A stretch of 64,000 nucleotides of DNA from Candidatus Hodarchaeaceae archaeon (GCA_030018135.1 JASEGJ010000001.1:78298-142297); one strand, 5' to 3'. Shown: positions 1 to 16,100, numbered from the stretch's first letter. The notes: generated from the sequence alone by a model not told the origin. Numbers and translations are program-made.

Positions 1-350
1 GCGTAAACGCTCATCAAGCCAAAGATAAACCCGATAAAAGCACCCACCAGCGACCCCACTAAAAGTCCGGCTATCCCACTCCCTAAGCGCTCAGCTCCGA
101 AAACTCCAATAACGCAGCTTACGAGGAAAATCCCCTCCAGCCCGATGTTAACGACCCCAGCCTTTTCGTTGATACACTCCCCCGTAGCTGCGAGAGCCAA
201 TGGTGTCATCGCGAACAAGCCACTCCTGATTATATCCTTCGGTGGAACGCCAGCCCGATCCAGCAAATAAAGGAAGACGGTGATGGCGATCAAACTAATG
301 GCGTACGCAAGAACCCTCTTAGAGAGACGTATGCGACCTATAGTAATCAT
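1..350 (-). CDS. Nucleoside/sugar ABC transporter permease (5' part; truncated by window edge)
   Basis: ATG at 350 overlaps the upstream stop (ATGA); translation contains MTPLALAATGECINEKAGVVNIGLEG, typical of CUT2/BMP permeases. Confidence 0.85.
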   Translation of the reverse strand, partial: MITIGRIRLSKRVLAYAISLIAITVFLYLLDRAGVPPKDIIRSGLFAMTPLALAATGECINEKAGVVNIGLEGIFLVSCVIGVFGAERLGSGIAGLLVGSLVGAFIGFIFGLMSVY

Positions 351-1465
351 TTGGCCTTCCTCCTTATTAATGCTAGAAGTCCAGGCAAAGCCATAGCTAT
401 GATGATGACTCCTTGGATGGCCCCCACGAGCTCAGAACTTATTCTTATATCGAATTCCATGAACCTGCCCGAGTGCGCTAACCCTCCGAAGAATATCGCC
501 GCAGGTATTATGCCTATTGGGTGGTTTCTACCCACTAAAGCCACCCCTATCCCGGCGAACCCATAACCCATCAAATCGCCCAGGGTCGCATGGAACCCCC
601 ATTTTTCCGGCCTTACCGCCAAACTGGCCCCAGCGAGCCCAGCTACCAGCCCGCCGATGATGAAGCTGAGGAATATCGCACGTGAAATACTCATCCCAGC
701 GTATCGGGCAGCATCCGGGTTATCTCCGACCAACCTGAGCTCGTATCCCGGGTGCATGCGCCACAAAAATATGTAAACTCCGATGCAGACGAGGAGAGCG
801 ATAAATATCACGGCCGTCAGGCTACCCGCAAGCACGGGGTAGCGTGCAGTGGGCAGAGCCTCCTTGGTTATGTGCGCCCAAATCCCCCTGAGATGATAAA
901 TTGCTAGGTACATAACGAGGTAGAAGGCCATCCAATTGAGCATGATGGTAGATATGACCTCGTGAACCCCTTTCCATATTTTAAGTAAAGCCGGTAGGAC
1001 GGCCCAAAGGGCACCTGCTAACATCGCGAAAACCGTGACTGCGAACACGTGAAAGCCTGAGGGTAAGGCAACATGCGCCGCCATCCAAGATGCGGCCGCT
1101 GCCCCTATGTATAATTGCCCCTCGGCACCGATGTTAAAGAGCCCCGCCCTCACGCCGACCGCAAAGGTAAGCGCCGTTAGCATGTAAGGTGTCGCAAACG
1201 CAAGTGCAAACATGAATTCCCTTGTCATAAAAGTCCTTTTTGCGATGAATATACCATATCCCTTGAGCATCGAAATATACCCTTCTATCGGGTCGTGACG
1301 AAATATGATCATAATCAGGGCTCCGACGATCAATCCTACAAATATAGCAAACGCGGATTCAATCAATGGGCGTTTAAGTCCCCGGATGTAGCCCATGAAA
1401 AGGTTCGGCAACTTAGAAATCATAGATTGAGAGAGGCGCAGGCGCACGAATTCACCCACATCCAT
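347..1465 (-). CDS. Nucleoside ABC transporter permease
   Basis: GLFNIGAEGQ, EVISTIMLNW and GDNPDAARYAG motifs; multiple TM segments; start uncertain (1396-1489). Confidence 0.9.
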   Translation of the reverse strand: MDVGEFVRLRLSQSMISKLPNLFMGYIRGLKRPLIESAFAIFVGLIVGALIMIIFRHDPIEGYISMLKGYGIFIAKRTFMTREFMFALAFATPYMLTALTFAVGVRAGLFNIGAEGQLYIGAAAASWMAAHVALPSGFHVFAVTVFAMLAGALWAVLPALLKIWKGVHEVISTIMLNWMAFYLVMYLAIYHLRGIWAHITKEALPTARYPVLAGSLTAVIFIALLVCIGVYIFLWRMHPGYELRLVGDNPDAARYAGMSISRAIFLSFIIGGLVAGLAGASLAVRPEKWGFHATLGDLMGYGFAGIGVALVGRNHPIGIIPAAIFFGGLAHSGRFMEFDIRISSELVGAIQGVIIIAMALPGLLALIRRKAK

Positions 1466-1581
1466 TGGTTTTAACCAAGTATTTAACATTCAGTTCTATA
1501 GTTCTTATAATTGGGAACAAACTTAGAAACAAGTTCGTTTTTTTAAAGGTAAGGCAAAAAATAAAAAGAGAAAGGAGTGGG

Positions 1582-2874
1582 TTAGCCAAGGATGGCTCGC
1601 CACTCCTTAACCGCGTTCTCAGTTACCGCCAGTGGAACTTCGACTGCGCCAGTACGTATCTTGCTCTCCAACTCCGCGACCGCTCCCCATATCCAAGCGG
1701 GTTGGTTGTCCCTCATCTCCGCTACTTTTTCCTTGATCCACTCGGGCGGCCCGGGAAGTACCGGCTCTCCGGTCAGTTCCTCCGCCTTCACGCCCATCTT
1801 GATGAACTCATCTAGGTCCGCGAGGGTGCTGACGGATATCCCCTCCATCGGTATTCCAAGTACGGTGGTGCCGATCCCGAGCACTATCTCATTGCCGTAC
1901 TCCGCCACAGCCTCTCTGAATTTGTTTTCCAGAACCAGCTTGGTGGCGTAGTAGACGCCGTAGTCGACCCTCTTCATCATGCTGGCGATGACGAACCCGG
2001 GGTTTATCCAGTCCTGATTCGCGTCCACGCCTATCCAGAAGGGCGGCCCCGCTTTCAGCCTATCCCTAGTGGCGATGTCCTTCACCGCGCTGTTTATCCC
2101 AAGCCCGAGCGGCCCCGCTATGTTGTAGACAGCGACGGCACCCTTCTCGTACATCGGCACGGCGGTTAGGTAACCCTTCGTGATGTCGCTGAATGTTCCG
2201 GTGTAATCATATAGGACCCTCTTATCCCTGGGCGTGTTATAGATGCCCCGCTTCATCTCGGGCTTGTTGTTCTCGATCCAGCCCATGGCCCAGTCGCATC
2301 CCCACTTGTAGCCTATTTCGAACTTCCAAAGGACGGGGATCTCAATTCCAAAAACGCCACCGATGTAAGGTTTGTCGTAGTAGGCTGCAAGCAGGCCGCC
2401 GAGCGCGCCGACTAAGGCACTTCCCTTGTGCTCCTCGTACACCACATCAAGCAAGTTCGGCTGTGGATCCACCCACTTGGTAAATGTGTCGATGCCCACG
2501 AAATTTTTATCCGGGAACTCCTTGGCCACCTCGATGAGGGCGTGGGTCAATAGGAACCCAACCCCGACGATAAGCTTCACATCTGGATCTAAAGCAGCTG
2601 TCCTCAGGTTCGGAACGTAGTCGGCTTCAACCATACTAATAATTTCCTTCATCTCAACGCCGAAATCTCTCTCGGCGTCGTCACCGCCCTTGAACGCCAT
2701 ATCGTTAAAGCTCAGGTCCCCTCTCCCGCCGATGTCGGAGACCACGGCTATCTTGAACACCGCTGGCGGCTTCACCGGAGGCCTTGTAGCGACATATGCA
2801 CCAATTACAGCTGCGGCGATGATTATGATTACTATAGCAATAGCTGTAGTCTTGGCAACTCCCTCATTGTCCAA
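1582..2874 (-). CDS. BMP-family ABC substrate-binding protein (nucleoside)
   Basis: GGRGDLSFND, IGVDANQD and SMMKRVD motifs; N-terminal hydrophobic anchor. Confidence 0.92.
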   Translation of the reverse strand: MDNEGVAKTTAIAIVIIIIAAAVIGAYVATRPPVKPPAVFKIAVVSDIGGRGDLSFNDMAFKGGDDAERDFGVEMKEIISMVEADYVPNLRTAALDPDVKLIVGVGFLLTHALIEVAKEFPDKNFVGIDTFTKWVDPQPNLLDVVYEEHKGSALVGALGGLLAAYYDKPYIGGVFGIEIPVLWKFEIGYKWGCDWAMGWIENNKPEMKRGIYNTPRDKRVLYDYTGTFSDITKGYLTAVPMYEKGAVAVYNIAGPLGLGINSAVKDIATRDRLKAGPPFWIGVDANQDWINPGFVIASMMKRVDYGVYYATKLVLENKFREAVAEYGNEIVLGIGTTVLGIPMEGISVSTLADLDEFIKMGVKAEELTGEPVLPGPPEWIKEKVAEMRDNQPAWIWGAVAELESKIRTGAVEVPLAVTENAVKEWRAILG

Positions 2875-2974
2875 AAGCCTTCTTATCTTATCACCTCCTT
2901 TTTAGTTGTAAAGCATTTTTAATAATAAGGCTTTCGGATATCGAATCTATCAACTTTCGTCCCCTTTGTGGCTA

Positions 2975-4576
2975 TCAAACCTTCGAGCCGGCCATCATCA
3001 GCCCTATCTTCTCCACCTTTGCCCTCGCCGCATCCACCGTGCCAACGATCTTACCCTCAAAAATTACGGCGATGCGGTCGCTCAGGGACATCACCTCGTC
3101 TAGGTCCTCCGAGACGAGTAGAATTGCCGTACCCTTTTCCTTCAGCCTCAGGAATAGGTCGTGAGTATGTCTGAGCGCCTTGAGGTCGAGCCCGTAGGTC
3201 GGGTGAACCGCGACGATCAAGCGCGGCTCCCGCCAAGTCTCCCTGGCAAGGATGAGCCTCTGGATATTCCCGCCCGAGAGTATCCTCGTCTCAGTCCGCC
3301 AGAGGTCGGGCACCATTATATCGTACTCAGAAACCATCCGCTCGGTGTGTCGAGTTATGAATGAACGATTGAGGAATGTCCACCTTGAAAAAGGCGAGGT
3401 CCTATAGTCCTTCATGATCAGGTTCTCGGCCGAGGTCATGCCTTCGGCAACTCCCATCCTCCTACGCTCCTCGGGGATATGGACCATGCCGGCCTCCATA
3501 AGTTTCTTGGGCGAATGATTCGTCACATCCTTGCCGAAGACGAGCACCTTGCCCTTTATGACCTCCCGCAGACCGGTGATCGCCTCGACGAGTTCGCTCT
3601 GGCCGTTGCCGGCTACGCCGGCTATGCCCAGTATTTCGCCCTCCCTCACCGTCAAGGAGATGCCTTTGACTGCCAGCAGCCCCTTCTCATCGAGCACATG
3701 GAGGTCCTTGACCTCCAACGCTACCTCGCCCAACTTGACGGGTTTCCTCTTCGGGCGGAACGTGACCTCCCGGCCCATCATCATCCTCACCAATTCCCGC
3801 CTGTTCGTCTCCGAGGTCTTCCTCGTTCCAATCAGCTTGCCCAGCCTGAGCACGGTGACGCGATCGCTTACCTCCATCACCTCCTCGAGCTTGTGGGTGA
3901 TGAACACGACCCCGCGTCCCTCCCTCGCCATCGCTCGTAGGATGGAGAAAAGCCTCTTGGACTCCTCCGGCGTCAGCACAGATGTCGGCTCGTCTAAAAT
4001 GATCACCTCGGGTTCGTGATAGAGGGTCTTGAGTATCTCGACGCGCTGCTGCTCTCCAGCCGAAAGCTCCTCAACCCTAGCCTTTGGATCCACCTTCAAC
4101 CCATATCTATCGGATAACTCCCTGATCCTCTTCTCAACCTTGGAGAGGGGGAATGAGAAGTTGGATTCCGCTAGACCTAGGGCCACGTTCTCGGCGACCG
4201 TGAGCGGCCGCGCAAGCGTGAATTCCTGATGGACCATCCCTATTCCGTGTTCGAGCGCGTCCTTTGGGGATTTTATAGAGATGGGCTTTCCTCTGGCGTA
4301 AATTCGCCCCTTCGAGAGACTGTAGAATCCGGACAGGATGTTCGCTAGGACCGTCTTACCTGCTCCATTTTCCCCGAGCAGCGCATGAACCTCGCCTGAC
4401 TTTACATCAAAGTTTATGCGGTCCAATATGAGGTGTTCCCAGACGCCGGGGAATCCCTTGCAGATTCCCTCCGCCCGCACCAAGATTTCCCCCAACTTCG
4501 GCTTTCGGGCGGCAGCACTCCTAGACCGCTTACTGCTCTCCCTTCGAAGCAGGATTTTTTTTAGAGGATTTAACAT
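2975..4576 (-). CDS. Nucleoside ABC transporter ATP-binding protein (two NBDs)
   Basis: Walker A GENGAGKT, LDEPT, LSGGNIQR; start assigned to the ATG at 4576. Confidence 0.92.
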   Translation of the reverse strand: MLNPLKKILLRRESSKRSRSAAARKPKLGEILVRAEGICKGFPGVWEHLILDRINFDVKSGEVHALLGENGAGKTVLANILSGFYSLSKGRIYARGKPISIKSPKDALEHGIGMVHQEFTLARPLTVAENVALGLAESNFSFPLSKVEKRIRELSDRYGLKVDPKARVEELSAGEQQRVEILKTLYHEPEVIILDEPTSVLTPEESKRLFSILRAMAREGRGVVFITHKLEEVMEVSDRVTVLRLGKLIGTRKTSETNRRELVRMMMGREVTFRPKRKPVKLGEVALEVKDLHVLDEKGLLAVKGISLTVREGEILGIAGVAGNGQSELVEAITGLREVIKGKVLVFGKDVTNHSPKKLMEAGMVHIPEERRRMGVAEGMTSAENLIMKDYRTSPFSRWTFLNRSFITRHTERMVSEYDIMVPDLWRTETRILSGGNIQRLILARETWREPRLIVAVHPTYGLDLKALRHTHDLFLRLKEKGTAILLVSEDLDEVMSLSDRIAVIFEGKIVGTVDAARAKVEKIGLMMAGSKV

Positions 4577-4708
4577 CAAAAAGGCCTTCGCGTATGACCT
4601 CTTAAAAGTGACCATCTTGGAAAAATATTGATTCTCGATAGCGCCGACGAATTTTGTTTCGGGGGCGCAACGCAAATAAATGGAGATGTAAGTTATCTAA
4701 GGGGTGAT

Positions 4709-5614
4709 ATGGTGAAGTTCGAAAATATTACCTTTAGGACCGCGGACGGAAAAGCCTATCACTTGGAAATCGACCGCATCAACCCCAACATTCTGACGGC
4801 TGGCTCGCCCGGCCGCATACTCAAGATGGTTGAGTACCTGAAGGATGCCGAGATAATCGAAGGCGACCGAAAGATGACGGTCGTGCACGGCAAATATCAA
4901 GGACTGCCGGTCTCGGCGTTTGCAACGGGCATGGGGCCGGCCAGCACCGCCGTGGTCCTGCCGGAGGCCCTCGAGGTGGCTGAGGGGCCGATCACCATGT
5001 TGCGCCTCGGCACCTCCGGCAGCCTGCAGCCATTCGTTAAAGTCGGACATATGGTAATAAGCTCGGGCGTCGTCAGGGATGAGATGGCTACCAGAGCGGC
5101 GGTTGGGCCGGAATATCCAGCTGTTGCCGATCCGGCGCTCGTGCCCATAATGGCGGCGGCGGCGGAAAAACACGGCTACAGGCTGGGCGAAAAATTGTGG
5201 GTGGGGATAATCCACGCTAAGGACGACCTATACTTCGTGGAGACGCCGCAGTTCTCACCCTCGACTGAACTCATGACCGCCAAGCTAGCGTCCTACAGGC
5301 GGATGGGCGTGCTCGCGAGCGAGATGGAGTTCTCGGTGTACTGCATCATGCGCGACTTCTATGAGGGGCGCAGGGACGACCGAGTAATGGTCGGCAATCT
5401 TTTGGCGGTGATAGCGTCCGCTCCCGAGGTTGAAGCGATAACCGTCAGCAAGGAGGACAAAAAGAGGATGGAGCACGATATGATTAAGATCGGCTTGGAC
5501 ACGCTGCTGTTGGTCAACCGACTCAGAGAGGGAAAAAGCGTAGATATCGACATCGATCAAGTTGTCAGAGGGATGATGCTCGTGCCGCCGCGGGGCAAGC
5601 TCCTCCGATCGTGA
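4709..5614 (+). CDS. Uridine/nucleoside phosphorylase (PNP/UDP family)
   Basis: GSPGR, TGMGPAS, RLGTSGSL and SEME motifs; GGGGTGAT RBS before ATG 4709; divergent from the nucleoside ABC genes. Confidence 0.85.
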   Translation: MVKFENITFRTADGKAYHLEIDRINPNILTAGSPGRILKMVEYLKDAEIIEGDRKMTVVHGKYQGLPVSAFATGMGPASTAVVLPEALEVAEGPITMLRLGTSGSLQPFVKVGHMVISSGVVRDEMATRAAVGPEYPAVADPALVPIMAAAAEKHGYRLGEKLWVGIIHAKDDLYFVETPQFSPSTELMTAKLASYRRMGVLASEMEFSVYCIMRDFYEGRRDDRVMVGNLLAVIASAPEVEAITVSKEDKKRMEHDMIKIGLDTLLLVNRLREGKSVDIDIDQVVRGMMLVPPRGKLLRS

Positions 5615-5721
5615 AATAATGAAAAACCTATCCGCTCGAACCTGCAAAAATCGTGATCATTGCACTTGTTGATCCTACATCCGATTTCACCCTCTGCATA
5701 AAAGTCTTGATTCCTAAAAAG

Positions 5722-5806
5722 CGCCGGGGCTGGGATTCGAACCCAGGAGGCCCGAAGGGCCATCGGATCTCAAATCCGACGCCTTACCTGGCTTGGCTAC
5801 CCCGGC
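5722..5806 (-). tRNA. tRNA-Ser(TGA), no intron
   Basis: GCCGGGG acceptor, TCGGA-TT-TGA-GA-TCCGA anticodon arm, long variable arm, GGTTCGAATCC. Confidence 0.96.
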
Positions 5807-5839
5807 ATTAGAAGTATCCACGAGAAAGTAAAAAAGAGG

Positions 5840-6148
5840 TTAGGTCTTGAGTTCGATTTCGATGCTGACTTCCTCGGGCACCTGAACGCGCATGATCTGT
5901 CGCATCGCCCGCTCGTCCGCCTCCATATCGATTAGGCGCTTGTGAACCCGCAGCTCCCACTTGTCCCAGGTGATCGTACCCTCGCCATCAGGTGCCTTCT
6001 TGGTGGGGATGACTATCCGCCTCGTCGGAAGCGGCACTGGGCCCGACTTTTTGACGCCCGTTCGCTCGGCGATCGCGACTATCTGCTTGCATACCTCGTC
6101 GAGCTTCTTCGGGTCGGTGCTGGACAGACGTATTCTCGCCTTTTGCAA
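5840..6148 (-). CDS. rpsJ: 30S ribosomal protein S10 (uS10)
   Basis: GPVPLPT and [11 protein letters not shown] motifs; follows EF-1a. Confidence 0.97.
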   Translation of the reverse strand: MQKARIRLSSTDPKKLDEVCKQIVAIAERTGVKKSGPVPLPTRRIVIPTKKAPDGEGTITWDKWELRVHKRLIDMEADERAMRQIMRVQVPEEVSIEIELKT

Positions 6149-6202
6149 GCTGGTCCCAACTATATCTAGGGTTAGTAGTTAGAATAAAAGATTTCAGCTA
6201 GC

Positions 6203-7465
6203 CTATTTCGCGGGCGTTAAGTCTATGCAAACGCCAGCCGCGATGGTCATGCCCATGTCGCGTATCGCAAAGCGGCTTAGCTGCGGGATTTCGGCCGCCC
6301 TTTCTATCACCATGGGCTTGGTCGGCGTAACCTTGATCGTCGCCATGTCGCCGCGCTTTATGAACTCCGGTTTCTCCTCCAGCACAGCGCCCGTCTTGGG
6401 ATCGAGCTTCTGTGTTATCTCGCTTATGGTGCACGCCACCTGCGCCGTGTGCGCATGGAAGACCGGCGTGTAACCCGCGGCCACAACGGTCGGATGCTGC
6501 AGAACCGCGATTCTTGCCGTGAACTCCTTAACCACAGTTGGGGGCGCCTTTGGGTGCCCGGCGACATCGCCGCGCCTTATCGCCGCCCTATCTATGCCCC
6601 TCACGTTGAAGCCGATATTGTCGCCCGGAACTGCCTGCGGTATGGTCTCATGGTGCATCTCTATCGACTTGACCTCGCCGCTTACGCCCGCTGGCTCGAA
6701 GACCACGGTCTCGCCTGCCTTCAGCACGCCCGTTTCAACCCTGCCGACCGGCACCGTGCCAACGCCCGTGATCGAATATACATCTTGCACTGGTATCCTC
6801 AGTGGCTTGTCCATCGGTTTCTCGGGCACGACGAAGCTATCCAGCGATGAAAAGAAAACCTGCCCTGTGTACCACTTCATCTTTTCGCTGGGCTTGACGA
6901 CGTTTTCGCCGTGAAATGCTGAGGCTGGCACGAATACGAACTTTTCCGGGTTTCTGTAGCCTATCCCCCTAAGGAGGTCTATTACCTCTCCCTTGAGCTT
7001 CTCAAATACGTCCTGCTTGTACCCGACTAGATCCATCTTGTTTATGGTCACGACGAGCTGCCCGACGCCGAGCGTGAAGGCAAGCGCGGCATGCTCTCGG
7101 GTTTGAGGCATTATGCCGTCGTCCGCCGCAACGACGAGCACGGCGGCGTCCGCCTGGCTGGCGCCTGTGATCATGTTCTTGACGAAGTCCCTGTGGCCGG
7201 GAGCATCGATGACGGTGAAATAGTACTTATCGGTTTCAAACTTTCGGTGGGCGAGATCGATCGTCAATCCGCGCTCTCGCTCCTCCTTAAGGGAGTCCAT
7301 CACCCAGGCAAACTTGAAGGTTTTACCTTTATCACCCATTTCCTCGAATTTTTTGATCACGGATTCCTCAACTAGGCCCTTCTCAAAGAACATGCGACCC
7401 AGCAGGGTGGACTTACCGTGATCCACATGTCCAATTACCACGAGGTTCATATGCGGCTTCGCCAT
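6203..7465 (-). CDS. tuf: Elongation factor 1-alpha
   Basis: [21 protein letters not shown] and FAIRDMG motifs. Confidence 0.98.
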   Translation of the reverse strand: MAKPHMNLVVIGHVDHGKSTLLGRMFFEKGLVEESVIKKFEEMGDKGKTFKFAWVMDSLKEERERGLTIDLAHRKFETDKYYFTVIDAPGHRDFVKNMITGASQADAAVLVVAADDGIMPQTREHAALAFTLGVGQLVVTINKMDLVGYKQDVFEKLKGEVIDLLRGIGYRNPEKFVFVPASAFHGENVVKPSEKMKWYTGQVFFSSLDSFVVPEKPMDKPLRIPVQDVYSITGVGTVPVGRVETGVLKAGETVVFEPAGVSGEVKSIEMHHETIPQAVPGDNIGFNVRGIDRAAIRRGDVAGHPKAPPTVVKEFTARIAVLQHPTVVAAGYTPVFHAHTAQVACTISEITQKLDPKTGAVLEEKPEFIKRGDMATIKVTPTKPMVIERAAEIPQLSRFAIRDMGMTIAAGVCIDLTPAK

Positions 7466-7526
7466 AATTATCTCCCCCATTAGATTATTCAATATAACTC
7501 AATAGTCCTATTAAAAAGCATTTCGA

Positions 7527-8132
7527 TTATCTGGCGCCCTTCGCTATTCGCTCGGTTTCTTCCTTCCTCGCTATCGCAAAACTTTTCATGTCGTAGTTAG
7601 CGGCCATTATCAATTCCTCCGCAAGGCATTCCTCGATCGGCTTTTCGCTGTTGAATGATGCCGCAAATGCCCCCGCTGCCAAATTTTTGAGCGCCACATC
7701 GAGCCTCCTCTGGGGGGCGGAATCCACAGCAACGTGATAGGTGATCCCGCCGTAGCTTATCCTAGTTGTTTCCTCCCGCGGGGCGGTATTTTGTATCGCA
7801 TCGACCAAAACTTGAATTGGATTCTTCTTCGCTCGCTGCTCGACAATTTCAAGGGCCTTGCGCACTATGTCGTGGGCCTTGTGTTTCTTGCCGCATGCCC
7901 CAGCCCCGCGGATGAATTTGCCTCCCAGTTTTCTGACGCCTGGACCAGAGCGCATCACTTTATTTATCAACCGCTCGACGATTGGGATCTCGGCCTTACC
8001 AAATTGCTTGTCCGCATGTCTTCCGCCAGCATGTAGAACTAAACTGGGTTGTAGACGAATATATCGCCCAAGTCCTCGGTCTTTTATCACGATATCATCC
8101 ACTCGCCACTTTCCAAAATATTTAAGCTCCAT
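7527..8132 (-). CDS. rpsG: 30S ribosomal protein S7 (uS7)
   Basis: IVERLINK, APREETTRI and VDSAPQRR motifs. Confidence 0.97.
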   Translation of the reverse strand: MELKYFGKWRVDDIVIKDRGLGRYIRLQPSLVLHAGGRHADKQFGKAEIPIVERLINKVMRSGPGVRKLGGKFIRGAGACGKKHKAHDIVRKALEIVEQRAKKNPIQVLVDAIQNTAPREETTRISYGGITYHVAVDSAPQRRLDVALKNLAAGAFAASFNSEKPIEECLAEELIMAANYDMKSFAIARKEETERIAKGAR

Positions 8133-8136
8133 GCCA

Positions 8137-8574
8137 TCACCGAGTCGGCTTCTCCTTGCGGCCCTTGACCAATTCCTTCAGCGAGACGCCATTTACTTTT
8201 ACCACCTTGTATCGCACGCCGGGGATGTCCCCCTTTGCCCCTCCCTTCGCGCCCCCGATGCCCTCGACGACGACCTCATCGTGCTCGTCAATGAAACTGA
8301 TCGCGCCATCCCCAGGGGCGAAAGCTGTGACCTGTCTCCCATTTTTGATGATTTGGACCCTCACGCATTTTCTAATCGCGGAGTTCGGTTGCTTTGCCTC
8401 GACCCCCACTTTCTCGAGAACGATGCCTCTGCCCTGCGGGGCCCCCTCCAAGGGGTCTGCCTTCTCGTCCAAGCGCAACACTCGGCGCTTGTAATCGGCA
8501 TCCTTCCACCTGAACCTCTGCCGCCTGTGGCTTATTTTCCGAGCCGCAAACTCGCCCCTAGAACCCTTGCTCAT
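8137..8574 (-). CDS. rpsL: 30S ribosomal protein S12 (uS12)
   Basis: [16 protein letters not shown] and GDIPGVR motifs. Confidence 0.98.
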   Translation of the reverse strand: MSKGSRGEFAARKISHRRQRFRWKDADYKRRVLRLDEKADPLEGAPQGRGIVLEKVGVEAKQPNSAIRKCVRVQIIKNGRQVTAFAPGDGAISFIDEHDEVVVEGIGGAKGGAKGDIPGVRYKVVKVNGVSLKELVKGRKEKPTR

Positions 8575-8621
8575 TTTACCACCAAGTCTTAGATAGCACT
8601 TAACCTTGAAACCTTAAAAGC

Positions 8622-9050
8622 TCACGTTAGAAAAACATCCTGAATTCCGTGATGGCGGAGGGCAAGCATCTTTGCGCGCTGGATGTTCCTGCCGCCGCGA
8701 CCGACCGCCAATCCTTTGTCTTTAGCCTCAACTTCTACAAATGCCAACTTCTTGCCCTCGCGCTCCACGATGCTGACCCCACTGATCTTTGCTGGAGCAA
8801 GAGCGTTTTTTATTAACTCTGCTGGATCATCCGAATATTCGACGACCTCAATGCTTTTGCCCAGTACCCGCTTGGCCTTTTGAACCCTGCTTCCTCCCTT
8901 GCCTATCGCCAGCCCTATGTCGCCCTGGTTCACTACAAGGATAAGCTTGCCCTCTTTTTCGAAAACCAAACAATCGCGCACGGTCGCACCAGTTAAGCTC
9001 TCAAACAACGCGATGTAGCGCATTTCATCCGCGCCGAGCTTGAAGCCCAT
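8622..9050 (-). CDS. nusA: Archaeal NusA (two KH domains)
   Basis: GLAIGKGG and GLAVGRGGRN; conserved position in the rpo cluster. Confidence 0.95.
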   Translation of the reverse strand: MGFKLGADEMRYIALFESLTGATVRDCLVFEKEGKLILVVNQGDIGLAIGKGGSRVQKAKRVLGKSIEVVEYSDDPAELIKNALAPAKISGVSIVEREGKKLAFVEVEAKDKGLAVGRGGRNIQRAKMLALRHHGIQDVFLT

Positions 9051-13166
<4,116 letters not shown>

Positions 13167-16100
13167 CTACGCCCTATCCCTCAGCCGCAAACGCGGTGAC
13201 ATGCACATCGACCGCAACTCGTCGATTAGCAATTTGAACGCATACGACATCTCCACGCCATATATCTCCGAGTCCTCATCGCACACCGGACAATAAACCC
13301 GATCGCGGCGCTTATCGTGGACCGCAAAGTTACCGCATTTTCCACACACCAAGCCAGTGTACTTATCAGACCCCTCTAGAAGGCGCTCTTTTAACAGCAT
13401 CGCTGCGCCGTGTCCGATCAAACAATCGCGCTCCATCTCACCGAAACGCAGGCCGCCCTCACGGGCACGGCCCTCGGTCGGCTGATGCGTCAGGACCTGC
13501 ATCGGTCCACGCGAACGAGCATGGAGCTTATCGGCCGCCATGTGATGTAGTTTTTGATAGTAACAAACACCGATAAAAATGTCAACCGTGATCAGCTCAC
13601 CGGTTACGCCGCTATACATGACTTCCTTGCCCGTGTGTTTGAAACCGTGTTTTTGTAACATTTCACGCAGCTGCTCTTCATGCGTGCCCTCAAAAGTTGT
13701 GCCATCTATTCTCCGCCCAGCCATGGCGCCGACCTTGCCAGCTATCATCTCCAGCAACTGTCCAACTGACATGCGCGAAGGTATCGCATGTGGATTTATG
13801 ATAAGGTCGGGTACTATCCCGTCCTCGGTAAACGGCATATCCGCTCCATCGAGCACGATGCCTATCACCCCCTTTTGACCGTGCCTAGATGCAAACTTGT
13901 CGCCCACCTCTGGGACGCGCATATCGCGGACGCGGACGCGCGCGAGCTTGTTTCCGTCCACGGTCTCGCTCATGAGCACCATGTCGACAATGCCCTCCTC
14001 GCTCGGCCTAACCCTTATAGAACTTTCACGGCGCCCGTGCTCAACCGCGATGCCGAACTCATCCACCTCTTCGAGGAATCTTGGGGGGCTCGTCCTTCCG
14101 ATCAAAACGTCCTCTCCGCGGACCTCGGACTCAACCTCAATTATGCCGTCCTCGCCTAGGTTGCGATACAGGCTTGCATCTGCATAACCCCTGATCTCTT
14201 CGCTAGGGATCTCAAATTTGTCCTCTTGCCCGCCTGGGTAGCGACCTTCCTCCGCCTCGTAAAGCCTGAAGAATGTCGAGCGGCCTAGACCGCGGTCGAT
14301 CGAATTCCTGTTGATTATCAATGCATCCTCCATATTGTAGCCGCCGTACGACATAATCGCAACTACCAAATTTTGTCCAGCTGGCCTACGATCGAATCCT
14401 ACTTTATCCATGATCTTTGTCCGGACCAAGGAGGTTTGTGGGTAGTGTAGAAAATGAGCGCGGGTATCGACGCGTTTCTGAAAATTCGTGGACGTCAAGC
14501 CAAGCGCCTGCTTCGCCATGTTGGCACCGTAGGTGTTGCGCGGCGACTGATTATTCTCCGCATACGGAATCAACGCTGCACTTACCCCGAGGATCGCGAG
14601 CGGGTTGAGTTCTAGGTGAGTATGCTCGGGCGTTAAGGTCTTCGGCGAAACTGCGATGTATGAATTTTCTTCCTCCTCTGCGTCGAGGTACTCAATTATC
14701 CCGCCACTAATCAAATCCGACCATGTGAGTTCGCCAGCCTTGACCTTTTCTATATGCTCCGGTGTCAAGAGCGGCTTTCCGCCCGCCACTACGATCAAAG
14801 GCCTGCGAACACGGCCGGAGTCGGTGTTGATCACCACTTCATTTGTGTCCTCCTTATAGGCGATGTTCACCTGCTCATCAATGCTGCCCTTGCGCCGGTA
14901 CTGCCTCAGCTCTGCTGCTAATACTTGTCCGTTTTCCGTCACCCCGATCAGACGTCCATTGATGTAAACGCTGACCTTGCCTCGGCGCTCGCTTCCTTTC
15001 TGCACCTTCATAACGCCTAGCTTGTACAAAATGCGTTCAACCTTCTCCTCGTCCGTACCAGTTGATATCCCCGCAAGCAGGGCGAGATTTTTTACCAACC
15101 CGCAGTTCGGACCTTCTGGGGTCTCACACGGACAAATTTTGCCCCAGTGGGTCGGGTGCAGGTCGCGGGCCTCGAAATGCGGTTGACTGCGGCTTAGCGG
15201 CGATACCACGCGACGCAGGTGTGATATGGTGGCGATGTAATTCGTGCGGTCCAGCAGTTGACTAACTCCAGTCCGTCCGCCCGGCCAATTGCCAGTAGCC
15301 AATGCGTGCCTGATCCGCTCCGTGAGTACATCGGCTCGTGCTGCGGTTTTTATATTGGGCTCCCGGCCGCGCGCGTTAGCGCGCTCAAGCTGATACTTGA
15401 TATCGCGGGTTAGGTTGATGAAAGCCAATCTAAACACATTCTCAAGCAAATCGCCGGCCAGCTTCAAGCGCTTGTTGGCATAGTGGTCTTTATCGTCAAC
15501 ACTGCGCCGCCCCAACGCTAATTCAATTACCCGCTCCGCCATGCGGCCGAGGTAATGGGCCTTGTAAACGCGATCGGCTGGGCGTGAACCGATGTGCGGG
15601 AGTAGATATCTATCCAGAACCTCTTGGGCGCGGTGTAGCCGGTACTCCTTAGTCTGCCCAATCGCAACCCTTCGGCCAATCAGATCAAGCGCCTCTTCCC
15701 TCGACTTTACCTCTACCGCCTCCTGCAAATTTTCAAAGAGTTCTTTGGCGATTTCAGGGTCGTCTGAAACCGCATCAACTATTTCGCGATCGCTCTCGAG
15801 CCCGAGCGCGCGCATTAACACCACAAATGGTACATGACCCGGCAGGGCGGGGAAGGAGACGCGTAACAGGCCATCCTTCTTGCGCTCAACGATAACCAGT
15901 GCTCGAAACCCGTGATGGGTTGAGAATACCTTTGCCACCTCGGTTGCCGTGCGTTCATCGCGTTCTACCAAAATCAGGTTTGATGCCAAGTCCTCCTGCG
16001 TGACGATCACGCGCTCAGAGCCGTTGACTATAAAATAGCCGCCAGGGTCGAGCGGATCCTCACCAGCTGCGATCAACTCCTCCTCGCTCATCTTGCTCAA

